Of a DNA stretch of 64,000 bases, positions 1 through 15,910 are shown piece after piece. The DNA comes from the human T2T-CHM13v2.0 reference genome, Homo sapiens. Where the stretch lies: the NCBI RefSeq assembly GCF_009914755.1, contig NC_060946.1; one strand, given 5' to 3'. Made by a program: the position numbers and the translations under genes. The notes below the pieces were generated by a model, which did not search any database, was not told the origin of the DNA, and worked only from the letters and a program-made list of their open reading frames with translations. The stretch's first letter is position 1. Each line of letters opens with the position of its first letter.

Positions 1-1830
1 AGGATACAAAATCCATGTGCAAATATCACAAGCATTCTTATACAGCAATAACAGGCAAACAGAGAGCCAAATCATGAGTGAATTCCCATTCACAATTGTT
101 TCAAAGAGAATAAATTACCTAGGAATCCAACTTACAAGGGATGTGAAGGACCTCTTCAAGGAGAACTATGAACCACTGCTCAACAAAATAAAAGAGGACA
201 CAAATCAATGGAAGAACATTCCATGCTCATGGGTAGGAAGAATCAATATCGTGAAAATGGCCATTCTGCCCAAGGTAATTTATAGATTCAATACCATCCC
301 CATCAAGCTAACAATGATTTTCTTCACAGAATTGGAAAAAACTAAAGTTCATATGGAACCAAAAAAGAGCCCACATGGCCAAGTCAATCCTAAGCTAAAA
401 GAACAAAGCTGGAGGCATCACGCTACCTGACTTCAAACTGTACTACAAGGCTACAATAACCAAAGCAGCATGGTACTGGTGCCAAAGCAGATATATAGAT
501 CAATGGAACAGAACAGAGCCCTCAGAAATAATACCACACATCTACAACTATCTGATCTTTGACAAACCTGACAAAAGAAATCGGGAAAGGATTCCCTATT
601 TAACAAATTGTGCTGGGAAAACTGGCTGGCCATATGTAGAAAGCTGAAACTGGATCCCTTCCTTTCAACTTATACAAAAATTAATTCAAGACGTATTAAA
701 GATTTAAATGTTAGACCTAAAACCATGAAAACCCTAGAAGAAAACCTAGGCAATACCATTCAGGACATAGGCATGGGCAAAGACTTCATGTCTTAAACAT
801 CAAAAGCAATGCCAACAAAAGCCAAAATTGACAAATGGGATATAATTAAACTAAAGAGCTTCTGTGAAGCAAAAGACATACCAGTGAACAGGCAACCTAC
901 AGAATGGGAGAAAATTTTTGCAGTCATCTGACAAAGGGATAATATCCAAAATCTACAATTAACTCAAACAAATGTACAAGAAAAAACCCCATCAACAAGT
1001 GGGCGAAGGATATGAACAGACACTTCTCAAAAGAAGACATTTATGCAGCCAACAGACACATGAAAAATGGTCATCGTCACTCGCCATCAGAAAAATGCAA
1101 ATCAAAATCACAATGAGATATCATCTCACACTAGTTAGAATGGCGATCATTTAAAAGTCAGGAAACAACAGATGCTAGAGAGTATATGGAGAAACAGGAA
1201 CACTTTTACACTGTTAGTGGGATTGTAAAGTAGTTCAACGATTGTGGAAGACAGTGTGGTGATTCCTCAGGGATCTAGAACTAGAAATACCATTTGACCC
1301 AGGCTTCCAATTACTGGATATATACCCAATGGAATATAAGTCATGCTGCTATAAAGACACATGCACACGTATGTTTATTGCGACGCTACTCACAATAGCA
1401 AAGACTTGGAACCAACCGAAATGTCCAAATGTCCAACAACGATAGACTGGATTAAGAAAATGTGGCACATATACGCCATGGAATACTATGCAACCATAAA
1501 AAATGATGAGTTCATGTCCTTTGTAGGGACATGGATGAAGCTGGAAATCATCATTCTCAGCAAACTATCACGAGGACAAAAAAACCAAACACCACATGTT
1601 CTCACTCATAGGTGGGAATTGAACAATGAGAACACGTAGACACAGGAAGGGGAACATCACACACCATGGCCTGTTGTGGGGTGGGGGGAGGGGGGATAGC
1701 ATTAGGAGATATACCTTATGTAAATGACGAGTTACTGAGTGCAGCACACCAACATGGCACATGTATGCAAACATAACAAACCTGCACGTTGTGCACATGT
1801 ATCCAAGAACTTAAAGTATAATAAAAAATA
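1..1830 (+). mobile_element. LINE-1 (L1PA-type) 3' portion: disrupted ORF2 C-terminus, 3'UTR, A-tail
   Basis: ORF2 peptides [65 protein letters not shown] in different frames; ORF2 stop TGA 1620-1622; G-rich 3'UTR tract ~1676-1695; ends AAAGTATAATAAAAAA. Confidence 0.98.
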
Positions 1831-1869
1831 TGTATATAAATAATTCAATACAGAAATATAATTAAAAAA

Positions 1870-2420
1870 GAAAGAAAATGTGGTATACTATTTGGCAGTA
1901 AAAAAAGAAAACCCTGTCATTTGTAAACAACATGGATGAACCTGGAGGACAATAGGTTAAGTGAAATAGGTCAGGCACAAAAAGACAAATATATCATGAC
2001 ATGTCTCCTACTGGTATGTTAAAAAGTTGATCTCATAGAATTACAAAGTACAATGGTGGGTATCAGAGCTAGGGGTAAAGGGGAGTTGCCGTGATGTTAA
2101 TCAGAGGATATATACTTAGAGCTAGACAGAAGGAATACATTTCAGGAGATGTGCTGTAGAGCAAGGTGATTGTAATTGATGATGACATATTGTATTCTTG
2201 AGAAATAGAAAGTTAATGTTATGTGTATTCACCACAAAGATGATAACTATGTGAGTTGATGTATTTGTTAATTAGCTAGATTTGACCTTTTCACAATGTA
2301 TGCATACTTTGTCCCTCACATAGGATTCCAGAACGCTACTGCATTGGTCTGAATGTTTGTCCATCACATTTTACATTACAAAAAACTTGCAATGTCATAT
2401 GTCAATTAAAAATAAATATT
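1870..2420 (+). mobile_element. Older L1 (L1MA-type) 3' end
   Basis: CATGGATGAACCTGGAGGAC..GTTAAGTGAAATAGGTCAGGCACAAAAAGACAAAT ORF2-end motif followed by an L1MA-like 3'UTR ending GTCAATTAAAAATAAA. Confidence 0.85.
2308..2369 (-). repeat. Isolated inverted CER satellite fragment (~1.3 monomers) inside the L1MA
   Basis: Reverse complement reads ATGTGATGGACAAACATTCAGACCAATGCAGTAGCGTTCTGGAATCCTATGTGAGGGACAAA, matching the adjacent array unit. Confidence 0.93.
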
Positions 2421-2466
2421 AATAAAGTAATTTTAAAAAGACAAAAAGTAAAAGAAAAAAAACACA

Positions 2467-3833
2467 CCACAGCAGCAGTGTTCTGGAATCCTGTGTGAGG
2501 GACAAACATTCAGATGCCAGCAGCAGTGTTCTGGGATCCCATGTGATGGGCAAACATTCAGACATTCCCAGCAGTGTTCTGGAATCCTATGTGTGGGACA
2601 AACACTCAGACCCCAGCAGCAGTGTTCTGGAATCCTATGTGAGGTACAAACATTCAGACCCTGGAATCAGTGTTCTGGAATCCTATGTGAGGGACAAATA
2701 TTCAGATCATTGCATTAGTGTTCTGGAATCCTATGTGAGGGAAAAACTTTCAGACCACAGCAGCCATGTTCTGGAGTCCTATGTGACAGACATTCAGACC
2801 CTCGTAGCAGTGTTCTGGAATCTTATGTGAGGGACACGCATTCAGACCACAGCAGGAGGGTTCTGGAATCCTATGTGAGGGACAAATATTCAGACCCTCA
2901 TAGCAGTGTTCTGGAGTCTTATGTGAGGGACAAACATTCAGACCCCGGCAGCAGTGTTCTGGAATCCTATGTGAGGGACAAACATTCAGACCCCAGCAGC
3001 AGTGTTCTAGAATCCTATGTAATGGACAAACATTCAGAACCTCGTAGCAGTGTTCTGGAATCCTATGTGAAGGACAGACATTTAGACCCTCGCAGCAATG
3101 TTCTGGAATCCTATGTGAGGGAGAAACATTCAGACCCTCGCAGCAGTGTTCTGGAATCCTATGTGAGGGACAAACATTCAGACCCCAGCAGCAGTGTTCT
3201 GGAATCCTATGTGAGGGACAAACATTCAGACCACGGCAGCAGTGTTCTGGAGTCCTATGTAATGGACAAATATTCAGAACCTCGTAGCAGTGATCTGGAA
3301 TCCTATGTGAGGGACAAACTTTCTGACCCCAGCAGCAGTGTTCTGGAATCCTATGTGAGGGACAAACTTTCTGACCCTCGTATGTGTTCTAGTATTCTAT
3401 GTGAGGGACAGACATTCAGATCCCAGCATCAGTGTTCTGGAATCCTGTGTGAGGGACAAACATTCAGACCCCAGGAGCAGCGTTCTGAAATCCTAAGTTA
3501 AGGGTAAACATTCAGACCCCAGCATCAATGTTCTGGAATCCTTTGTGAGGGACAAACATTCAGACCCTCGTAGCAGTGTTCTGGAATACTGTGTAAGGGA
3601 CAAACATTCAGACCCCAGGAGCAGCGTTCTGAAATCCTAAGTTAAGGGTAAACATTCAGACCCCAGCATCAATGTTCTGGAATCCTTTGTGAGGGACAAA
3701 CATTCAGACCCTCGTAGCAGTGTTCTGGAATACTGTGTAAGGGACAAACATTCAGACCTCAGGAGCAGCGTTTTGGTATCGTATGTGAGGGACAAACACG
3801 CAGACCCCAGCTGCCATGTTCTGGAATGCTATG
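2467..3833 (+). repeat. CER (48-bp centromeric/pericentromeric) satellite array, ~28 monomers
   Basis: Tandem unit GTGTTCTGGAATCCTATGTGAGGGACAAACATTCAGACCCCAGCAGCA; 16-aa periodicity in the ORF track. Confidence 0.95.
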
Positions 3834-5421
3834 ATTGGGTTTATACTGTGAACCTCAGAAGTGTTCCTCTGTTTAATTAATTTTCTGCCTTAGGTGGAAC
3901 ATGACTAGAATGGGCTACAGTGGAAGGGGTAATTCCCTTCCCCTAGGTTATTTAGTCTCTGATTATACTAGAGCAGATTAGGCTGAAGTTAAGTAGTTTC
4001 TCCTGTGGACAAGCCTTGTTAAGAACCAGGTACTCTGGCACATTTCAAACTGGTTTTCCTTTTTCCTTCCCAAAGGTAGAAGCAGGAGGGGAGTTTTCTC
4101 AGGTATTTGTCACAGGAGCCTGGTGAAGCCCCATGAGACAATTTTACAGTATTGTTCCCCCTCCCCCCACAATAACTCTATCTCTTTGTAGTTTTTACCA
4201 CTTAGAGTTGTCCACGCGGATCCTCCAGCCGTTCACCAGTTACGGTTTGAGTTTTTCTACTCCAGCACTGGTTCCAAGGTTGGTTTCAGTAGTGAGTCCA
4301 TGTTCCTGTAAGCCATTAAGTCCTATATTCATTTCTCTGTCTCTGCAATACTGGGGGAAGTGGTTTGCCCTGTGTCCTCCCCTGAGATTCAAATCTAGAA
4401 ACAATTGTGGATTTTTTAGTCTCTTCAGCTTTTTATTTGTTGTTAAGATTAATTGTGTCATATTAATTTGTTGTTAAGCTTGTTATAAAAATTAATTATT
4501 GTAAAGTAATTATTGATTACCTCCAAGCTTCTTACATGCAGAAATAGGAACCTGGAATGTGTTTCTAAAACTATCTTCTCAATGCCTATGTGCACAGTTA
4601 AAGGATTTTTTTCCACAGGAATATGGTCATGATGAATTATATTAGACTTCTTAATATTGAACTTTTCTTTATTCGTGGAATAAACTCAGAAAGTTCCTTC
4701 TTGGTCTTCACAGTCTATTTCTCTTCCTCTGTAAATGTTAGTGTTTCTGTAGATTCTGTACTTGTTTCTTTTATTCTTTCCTTCTCTTATTTTCATTTGG
4801 TCTCATGGATTCAGGTACCATTGAAATTCTGGTAATTTCCAAATCTTTATCTTTAGTTTTGATCTCTCTTCTGAACCACTGGAGCCATATTCCCAATTGC
4901 CAGTTGAACATTCCCACATATGGAACCTCAGATGCTTCACACATGATATGTCCAGGTTTGTGTCACTTCTGGTTATCATATTCTTTTATTTCTTTGCAAA
5001 TTTCACTTCACAACACAAGTACCAAACTAGCTGGATCAGGGCAGATAACTTGGAAACAAAACTCCCCTTTTTACCCACTGCACAGCAAATTGGACCAAAT
5101 CCTGTTTCTACATTTTTTTCCTTTTAAGAACTGCTTCCCTATTGTGTATTCTTACACTCCGTGTCCTGATGTACTGATGTAGGTGGTCATCTGTCTTCCT
5201 CTTTACTCCCTTCTGGCTTTCCCTTAAGCCCTTTCCCATTCTCTTTCTCAGGGATGGCTGTTAAAATGCCAATATGGTCATGTAACTTTTCTGTCCTTAC
5301 TGGACCTCCTTATTTACACCTGCTTGTGAAGTGGCTGTGTTCACCCTGGGTGGATACAGCAATTTTTTGTCCTGTAGGAAGGAAATTTTGAAATGCCAGT
5401 GTATATGATTTTAATTAAGTA

Positions 5422-6058
5422 TACTCACCCTTTTGTATCCATGGGTTTTGCATCTGCGGATTCAGCCAACTTCAGATTGAAAATATTCCCACAAAAATAG
5501 ATGGTTGTCTCTGTGCAGAGCATCTACAGAAATTTTTCTTGTCATTATTTCCTAAACAGTGAAATATAACACCCATTTATGTAGCATTACATTGTCTTCA
5601 GTATTATATGTAATCTAAAGATTTAAAGTTCAGTCGTGCATGGCTTACTGATGGGATTACTTTCTGAGAAATGCATCTTTAGGTAATTTCATTGTTTTGT
5701 GAACATCATAGTGTTACAAAAACCTACATGGTATGTATATTTTTATTTATATGTTTTTGGAATATGGGTAACCAGATGGCTCAGAGCCATTATTGAATAT
5801 CATTTTCTGCACTTCATCTGCAATGCCAATATCAGGTTTCTGTGTATGTTTCATCATCATCTTATGGGACTATTTTGATATACATGTTTCATCATTGGCT
5901 GAAATGTTATTATGCAGCTCATGACTGTATACAGGATGATGTACATAAGTTATATGTAAATATGAGACTTGTTTATATAAGAGAGTTATCCAATCTGTGG
6001 ATTTTGGTATCTGGGTCTATCTTGGAATCAGTCCCCTTGGATACTGAGGAAGTAATGT
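5422..6058 (-). mobile_element. MER2 (TcMar-Tigger MITE) interrupted by a Tigger3-like element
   Basis: ..TATCCATGGGTTTTGCATCTGCGGATTCAGCCAAC.. at one end and ..GGAATCAGTCCCCTTGGATACTGAGG.. at the other match MER2 termini. Confidence 0.8.
5631..5927 (-). mobile_element. Tigger3/Golem (MER7-type) non-autonomous element nested in MER2
   Basis: TIRs CAGTCGTGCA...CTCATGACTG followed by TA; TTCTGAGAAATGCATC..TAGG subterminal motif. Confidence 0.78.
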
Positions 6059-6495
6059 AATGTAAAAATGATAGGTGCATAAAAATTTTTGAAATTAGGT
6101 CAAATATTTAAATGCAGAATCACTGCATAATCAATTCCTTAAATATTGCATTTAGCTTTCATCACTGACCAGGATCATTCATCTAGGCATGGTGCTGTCC
6201 AGAGTTCCATTAAAGTAGTGTGTGTTCTCTTTGCCTTTGTCAGTAGACTTCTGATACTTTCTCATAGTCATGAGAATTCATGGTTCATGTGGAAGAGCCA
6301 AACACCTGATTTTTCAGTAAAGTGGAACCTCATGATGCAAAAGAAACAAAATTTATTTTCTCCTTCTCTCTTATCTTAGTCTGCATTGAACTTGTGTCTC
6401 AATGAGTTCACCTAAACATTATTCCCAGTATGTGTTTATACTTATATATTCATAACCAAATCATGAGCTCCTTTGAGGAGTAGAATTTTATTCCT

Positions 6496-6665
6496 CTTTT
6501 TTTTTTTTGAGAGATAGGCTCTCTGTTGGCCAGGCTGGAGTGCAGTGGTGTGATCATCACTCACTGCACTGTCAAACTCCTGGGCTTGAGCAATCCTTCA
6601 GCCTCAGCTTACAGAGTAGCCAGGACTACAGGCATCCAGCATTATGCCTATTTTTTTTTCTTACT
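6496..6665 (-). mobile_element. Alu fragment (old, single arm)
   Basis: poly-T, CCAGGCTGGAGTGCAGTGG, GGACTACAGGC. Confidence 0.9.
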
Positions 6666-6925
6666 TTTGAAGAGAGAGGGTCTTGCATTTTGTTTATACT
6701 TTTATCCCTAGCAACAAGGGTGGTTCTAGATCTATAAGGTGAACTTTGTAATACAATTTTATTAATTCATAAGTTATTACAGTGGAAGCATATTTCTACT
6801 GTGATTACTCCTTCTCCCACCATAAACAGTACAAAACAAACTACGTCTTATCTAAAATACATATAAGACACATGGACACACAAAAGAGTGAATTCCCAGA
6901 TTCTTGTTTTTTGACCCTGGGCTGA

Positions 6926-7075
<150 letters not shown>

Positions 7076-7317
7076 TGAGTGAAACTTCCCAGTAACTCCC
7101 AGGAATGTGTTTTGTTGTTGGTAAATATAGAAACCCTTTTAAGGTATAATAATATTTACTTGTAGGATTCTGGTTGATGAAAAATGTGTCATTACTCTGT
7201 AATGAAATGTTCAAATTGGCTCCTTCATTACACAGTCCCTGAAGCCCAGCTCTTGTCATTCTGAAAAGGATTTGACTTAGTGATTTGACAAAGTATTCCA
7301 TTGTTTCTCATTACCAG

Positions 7318-7410
7318 GGCATTGCATTACCAAACCTGAGATGATCTTCAAGCTAGAACAAGGAGCAGAGCCATGGATAGTAGAAGAAACCCCAAACCTG
7401 AGACTTTCAG
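7318..7410 (+). pseudogene. KRAB-B exon (intact, 93 nt)
   Basis: ttaccag|GGCATTGCATTACCAAACCTGAG...CTTTCAG|gtcagt; KPEMIFKLEQGAEPW. Confidence 0.93.
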
Positions 7411-7846
7411 GTCAGTCAGTGAATACTGGGGAGGGAGGCCTGGAGGAGTAATGCCCAGCAGATTTTGGTAGTGTTATCTTGTTTTCACCACTTTTTTCCC
7501 TAGGTCTTCGACCTGAAGACTGTTGGTCTGTATTAAATATCCATTATATAGTCCCCAGGGGTAACTCTCATGCATATATCCCAGTCTCTTATTTTTCTGA
7601 GTATCTTCTTCTATTTACCTCAAATCCAATCCCTGCCATCCTCTCTTTAGGCCTTTTTCTTTGCTATTTATTTTCTCTATTTCCCCCTTTTCCTCTATTC
7701 TGATGTAGTGTCTTAAAAAATTTTTTAGACATTCATGCATTTATTTATCCTTTGAATGTATCTTAGGCGATTTTTGAGAATCAGTCATTATAACAATGAT
7801 GATGAAAATAGTGTTTCTTTTTAAGCTGTAGCTTTATTCTTCTTGT

Positions 7847-8088
7847 TTTATTTTTTATTAAACAGATGGTTCTCACTCTGTTTCTCAGACTCAAGTGCAG
7901 TGGCATGATTATAGTTCACTGTAACGATGAACTCCTGGGATCAAGTGTTCCTCACAGCCTAGCCTCCCAAGTAGGTAGGACTACAGGTGTGTGCCACCAC
8001 ACCTGGCTAATTTTTTATTGTTTGTGGAGATGAGGTCTTGTTCTATTGCCCAGGCTGGTCTCAAACTTCTGGCCTTAAATGATCCTTG
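7847..8088 (-). mobile_element. Alu (AluJ-like, 5' truncated)
   Basis: Reverse Alu motifs GCCTCCCAAGTAG..GACTACAGG, GCCCAGGCTGGTCTCAAAC. Confidence 0.9.
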
Positions 8089-8110
8089 TAGACTCCCACC
8101 CACACACACA

Positions 8111-8282
8111 AAAAAAATAGTAGCTGAGTATGGTGACATGGGTTTGTAATCCCAGTTTTTATACTTGGGAGGTTGAGGTGGAAGGATTGCTTGAGCTCAG
8201 GAGTTTGAAGCTTCAGTGAGCTATGATAGCAACACTGCACTCCAGCCTGGGTAACAGAGTAAGATCCTGTCTCAGAAAGAAA
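8111..8282 (+). mobile_element. Alu right arm (AluJ/FRAM-like)
   Basis: GGAGGTTGAGGTGGAAGGATTGCTTGAG..CACTGCACTCCAGCCTGGG. Confidence 0.9.
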
Positions 8283-9347
8283 TTATGAAACTGAGGAGAA
8301 CCCATCATAGGGGCCTGGATAGGGGTGGTGCTGGACTTGGGAGGATAACCAGAAGATTCTCGGTCTCAAGTCCAAAGAAACCAATGATTTCCTGTTGAAG
8401 GGCTCAGATTTCTGTTTGAGAGTGGAGTTTGTAGTTATCATTTGAAGATGAGAAATGTACAGGAAACTTCATTTTTATATATAACTGTGTGACATCTGAA
8501 ACTCCAAAACACAAAATAAAACCCTTCAAAAATGGTGAATTATCAAGCAGGGGTGTGTGAGTGGAGAGGGACAGAGCTGTTGATCTCAGAAGGAACCAGA
8601 AATACACTTTTCAAAGATGACGAGCACAGCCTGAGTTGCAGAACCAATCCTTCAGATCACCAGTATGGTTTTTTGACTGGAGGTTCTTTGCCTATTATGG
8701 TTCTGGGAAGCAGGAGATGTCATGTTTAAGTAGGAATTTGCCAGGATCTGTTTTTGTTTAACATGGGGAATAAGAGATTTTCTGCTTGGAAAACCTCCAG
8801 ACACATTTAACCATTCTCAGGGAGGAGTGAAAAGTTAACATATAGGCAAAATCCTGTCTACAAGCTACTTCCATGCTTAGGAGACAGAAAAATGGCCATC
8901 TCCTGTACCTGCCAGTTGCTGACCCAAGAAAAACTGGCTATTTTCAAGGAATAATGATGAAAAAATAGCAACTACTAAAACAGCCACTATTGTTATATGA
9001 ATAAATAGAAAAAAAAGAGAGAAAACAAATGACGGATAATGAGCACTTATTAAAACCTATGAGTAGGAAGTAGATGCATATTATTACCAAATAATTCTTT
9101 GTGAAATAAAAAAGAAAAGGAAAACTTCAAAATGCAAAGAAAAACTCAATTGAACATTAGAAAATATACTGATTTATTACATGATGTCAGAAGGAACAGG
9201 AACCATATGCATATAAAACCAATACCCATTATTAATTTTTATCAAATCTTACTCCACTGGGATAGGAAGTAATTTTTTTCACCTTTACACAAGCATTCTT
9301 TAAGACATGCTCCTGTGTGGTTCATGGATACGTTTTTCTCATTTCAG

Positions 9348-11343
<1,996 letters not shown>

Positions 11344-11429
11344 TAGATTTCTCCATGCTCAGTCTAGGAGAATATGGACACAAATGGTGACCATTACCTC
11401 CTGACCTACCAACAAGAAGGTTATAACCA

Positions 11430-12336
11430 TGCTGTAACAGAAGTGCTATCATGCAGGCTTTCTTGTTCCCATTTTTACAGCACACTTCACACTTTAATGT
11501 CACAGATATGGCTGTTTTCCTAGAAGCTCATGTACCAACCTCTGCCAGCTTCAAACATTTCTTCTGCAACTTTCTCACCTCTCTTCTCCTCCATAGAATT
11601 GAAGAGAGTTAGGGCCTTTCTCAGGATTAGGCTTTGTCTCAAGGGAATTTTGGGGCTGGTTTGATCTTCTATGCAGACCACTCAGACTTTCTCTGTGTCA
11701 GTAAAAAATCTGGTTTTTTTTTAAATCATTCATGTGTTCACTGGAGTAGCACCTATAACTTCCTTCAAGAACTTTTTGTTTCCATTCACAACTTGGGTAG
11801 CTCATGCAAAAAGCTTATCTTTGGCCTGTCTTAGCTTCTAACATGCTTTCTTCACTAAGCTTGATGATTTCTACCTCTTGATTTGAAGTGACAGATGTGA
11901 ACACTTCTTTTCACTTGAATACATAGTGGCCACTGCAGACTGGAGGGGCCTAATTTCATTGTTGTATCTTGGGGAACGGGGGGCTGGAAGAGAGAAATGG
12001 AGATAGGGAAATGACTAGCCAATGAAACAGTCAAACACAACACTTTTCCATCGTTTTTACTGTCTTCCATAGATTTCCACCACTCTGAGACAATTCCAAT
12101 AGTAACATCAGAAATCACTGATCACAGATCATCATAACAGATGTGATAACTAAAATCTTTGAAAGATTGTGGGGATTGCCAAAACATGTGACACAGATGT
12201 GAAGTGAGCACACGGTGTGGAAAAATGGTGCTGATCAGACTTACTGAGCACTTTGTGGCCACAAATCTTTAATTTGTTAAAAAGGTGATGTTTCCAAGCT
12301 AAATAAAGTGAAGCTCGATAAAGTGAGGTGTGCCTC
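11430..12336 (-). mobile_element. Tigger1 5' portion with internal deletion
   Basis: Terminus ..ATAAAGTGAGGTGTGCCT (reverse complement of Tigger1 left end); CACTGATCACAGATCATCATAACAGAT; GAATTGAAGAGAGTTAGGGCC. Confidence 0.88.
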
Positions 12337-12541
12337 TATTTTGATGAGCTCTAGCAATTTGTCTTTTCACTGGTGCATTTAGACCATGACATTCAAAGTG
12401 ATTATACAGTTGGGTTAATTTTGCCATATCATTTTCCATTCACTCCTATTGTTCTTTGTTCTTGGTTTGTCCTCCACTCTTTTTCTGCCTTTTATGGAGT
12501 TGATGATTTTATATGATTTTTGTTTCCTCTCATTGCTTTTT

Positions 12542-12940
12542 ATTTTTTAATTGAGACAGCAGTCACCCAGGCTGGAGTGCAGTGGTGTGATCATGGCTCC
12601 CTGCAGCCTCAACCTCGTGGGTTCAAGTGATATTTCCACCTCAGCCTCCCAACTAGCTAGGACTACAAGTAAGTCATTAGCTAGGACTACAAGTATGCAA
12701 TTAGCTAGAACTACAAGTATGCAATTAGCTAGGACTACAAGTATGCAATTAGCTAGGACTACCAGTACGCAATTAGCTAGGACTACAAGTATGCAATTAG
12801 CTAGGACTACAAGTATGCACCACAATACCTGGCCTTTTCTTTTTTGTAGGGACGGGGTCTCACTGTGTTGCTCAGGATAGTCTCTAACTCCTGGACTCAA
12901 GCCATCTTTCTACCTTGGCATGAGCCACTATACCTGGCCT
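12542..12940 (-). mobile_element. AluJ-like element containing an internal 24-bp tandem expansion
   Basis: CCCAGGCTGGAGTGCAGTGG..CCTCAGCCTCCC [repeat] CACCACAATACCTGGC..CATGAGCCAC. Confidence 0.9.
12654..12819. repeat. 24-bp minisatellite, ~7 copies
   Basis: (TAGCTAGGACTACAAGTATGCAAT)n; LARTTSMQ repeat in the ORF track. Confidence 0.97.
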
Positions 12941-13183
12941 GTTTTCTCTTTTTAGTATTTTTATACTTTGGTTTTTCCTAGTTGCCCTGGAGTTTGCAGT
13001 ATAGACTTGCAACAAATCCAAGTCCACCTTCAAATAACACTATACCAGTTCAGTTACTTTGACTGCCTTCTAAAAGAAATGTAATAGCTGTTTCTCTCAT
13101 ATTCCCATCTCTTGTGTTATTGTTGCCATTTGTTTCACTTATATGTAAGCATACATAGCCTTGTATATATTAAAGCATGTAAT

Positions 13184-13519
<336 letters not shown>

Positions 13520-13552
13520 TTATATGTTAGGTGAATTAAGAATAAAAAGTAA

Positions 13553-13871
<319 letters not shown>

Positions 13872-13920
13872 TTACCACCACTTATTCCTTCTCTAATGTT
13901 CTTTTTAAAATGTAGATTCA

Positions 13921-14217
13921 GGTGGGTGTAGTGGCTCACACCTGTAATCCCAGCACTTTGGGATGTTGAGATGGGTGGATCACGAGCTTAGGAGTTCAAG
14001 ACCAGCCTGGCAAAGATGGTGAAACACTGTCTCTAATAAAAATACAAAAAAATTAGCCAGGCGTGGGGGAGGGCTCCTGTAATCCCAGCTACTTAGGAGG
14101 CGGAGGCAGAGAATTGCTTGAACCTCGGAGGCAGAGATTTCAGTGAGCCGAGATTGTGCCACTGTGCTCCAGCCTGGACAACACAGTGAAACTCAGTCTC
14201 AAAATAAATAAATAAAA
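13921..14217 (+). mobile_element. Alu (AluS-type), full length
   Basis: Dimer structure; TGTAGATTCA on both flanks as TSD. Confidence 0.95.
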
Positions 14218-14229
14218 GTAAATAAAGTG

Positions 14230-15560
<1,331 letters not shown>

Positions 15561-15566
15561 GGAAGC

Positions 15567-15910
15567 TGTCTTAGTCCATCCACCAGCATAACTTAGAGCA
15601 AGTAATTTGTAAACAACAGAAATTTGTTGTTCAGTTTGGAGGCTATAAAGTCCAAAGTCAAGGTTCCAAGAGATTCAGTGTTTGATGAGACCCATTCCTC
15701 ATAGATGGTGCAAGCTATATGTCCTCTCATGTTGGAATGGACAAAGAAGCTTCCTTTGGCCTCTTTCATAAGTGCACTAATCCCAATCAGGATGACTTTG
15801 CCATTACCTTTCAAAGGCCCCACCCCTTAATTCTAGTGCATTGGAGACTTGGTTTCAACAGGCACATTTTGCAGGGTGTCGAGCAGGGAACAAATGTTCA
15901 GACCATAGCA
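15567..15910 (-). mobile_element. MLT1A-type MaLR LTR
   Basis: TGTCTTAGTCCA...AAACAACAGAAATTT...CAAATGTTCAGACCATAGCA. Confidence 0.8.

Larger units (their letters stand above)
3895..6338 (+). repeat. Copy A of an old internal duplication (intron upstream of KRAB-A exon); partner at 16010-21436
   Basis: Collinear shared blocks, e.g. TGGATTCAGGTACCATTGAAATTCTG (~4806 and ~17641), ATGGCTGTTAAAATGCCAATATGGTCATGTAACTTT (~5254 and ~18075), AAATTAGGTCAAATATTTAAATGCAGAATCA (~6092 and ~21187). Confidence 0.93.

Noticed and set aside
17-1639. Active L1 ORF2
   Set aside because: Split over several frames by frameshifts and stops.
2467-3833. CRISPR-like appearance of regular repeats
   Set aside because: Head-to-tail monomers with no unique spacers, no cas genes, eukaryotic context.
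2495-3880. ORFs up to 224 aa with a 16-aa repeat (VLESYVRDKHSDPSSS)
   Set aside because: Arise because the 48-bp satellite unit is a multiple of three and lacks a stop in one frame; GTG starts; no promoter evidence.
12547-12900. ORFs with LVVLANCI / LARTTSMQ repeats
   Set aside because: Translations of the 24-bp minisatellite inside an Alu.
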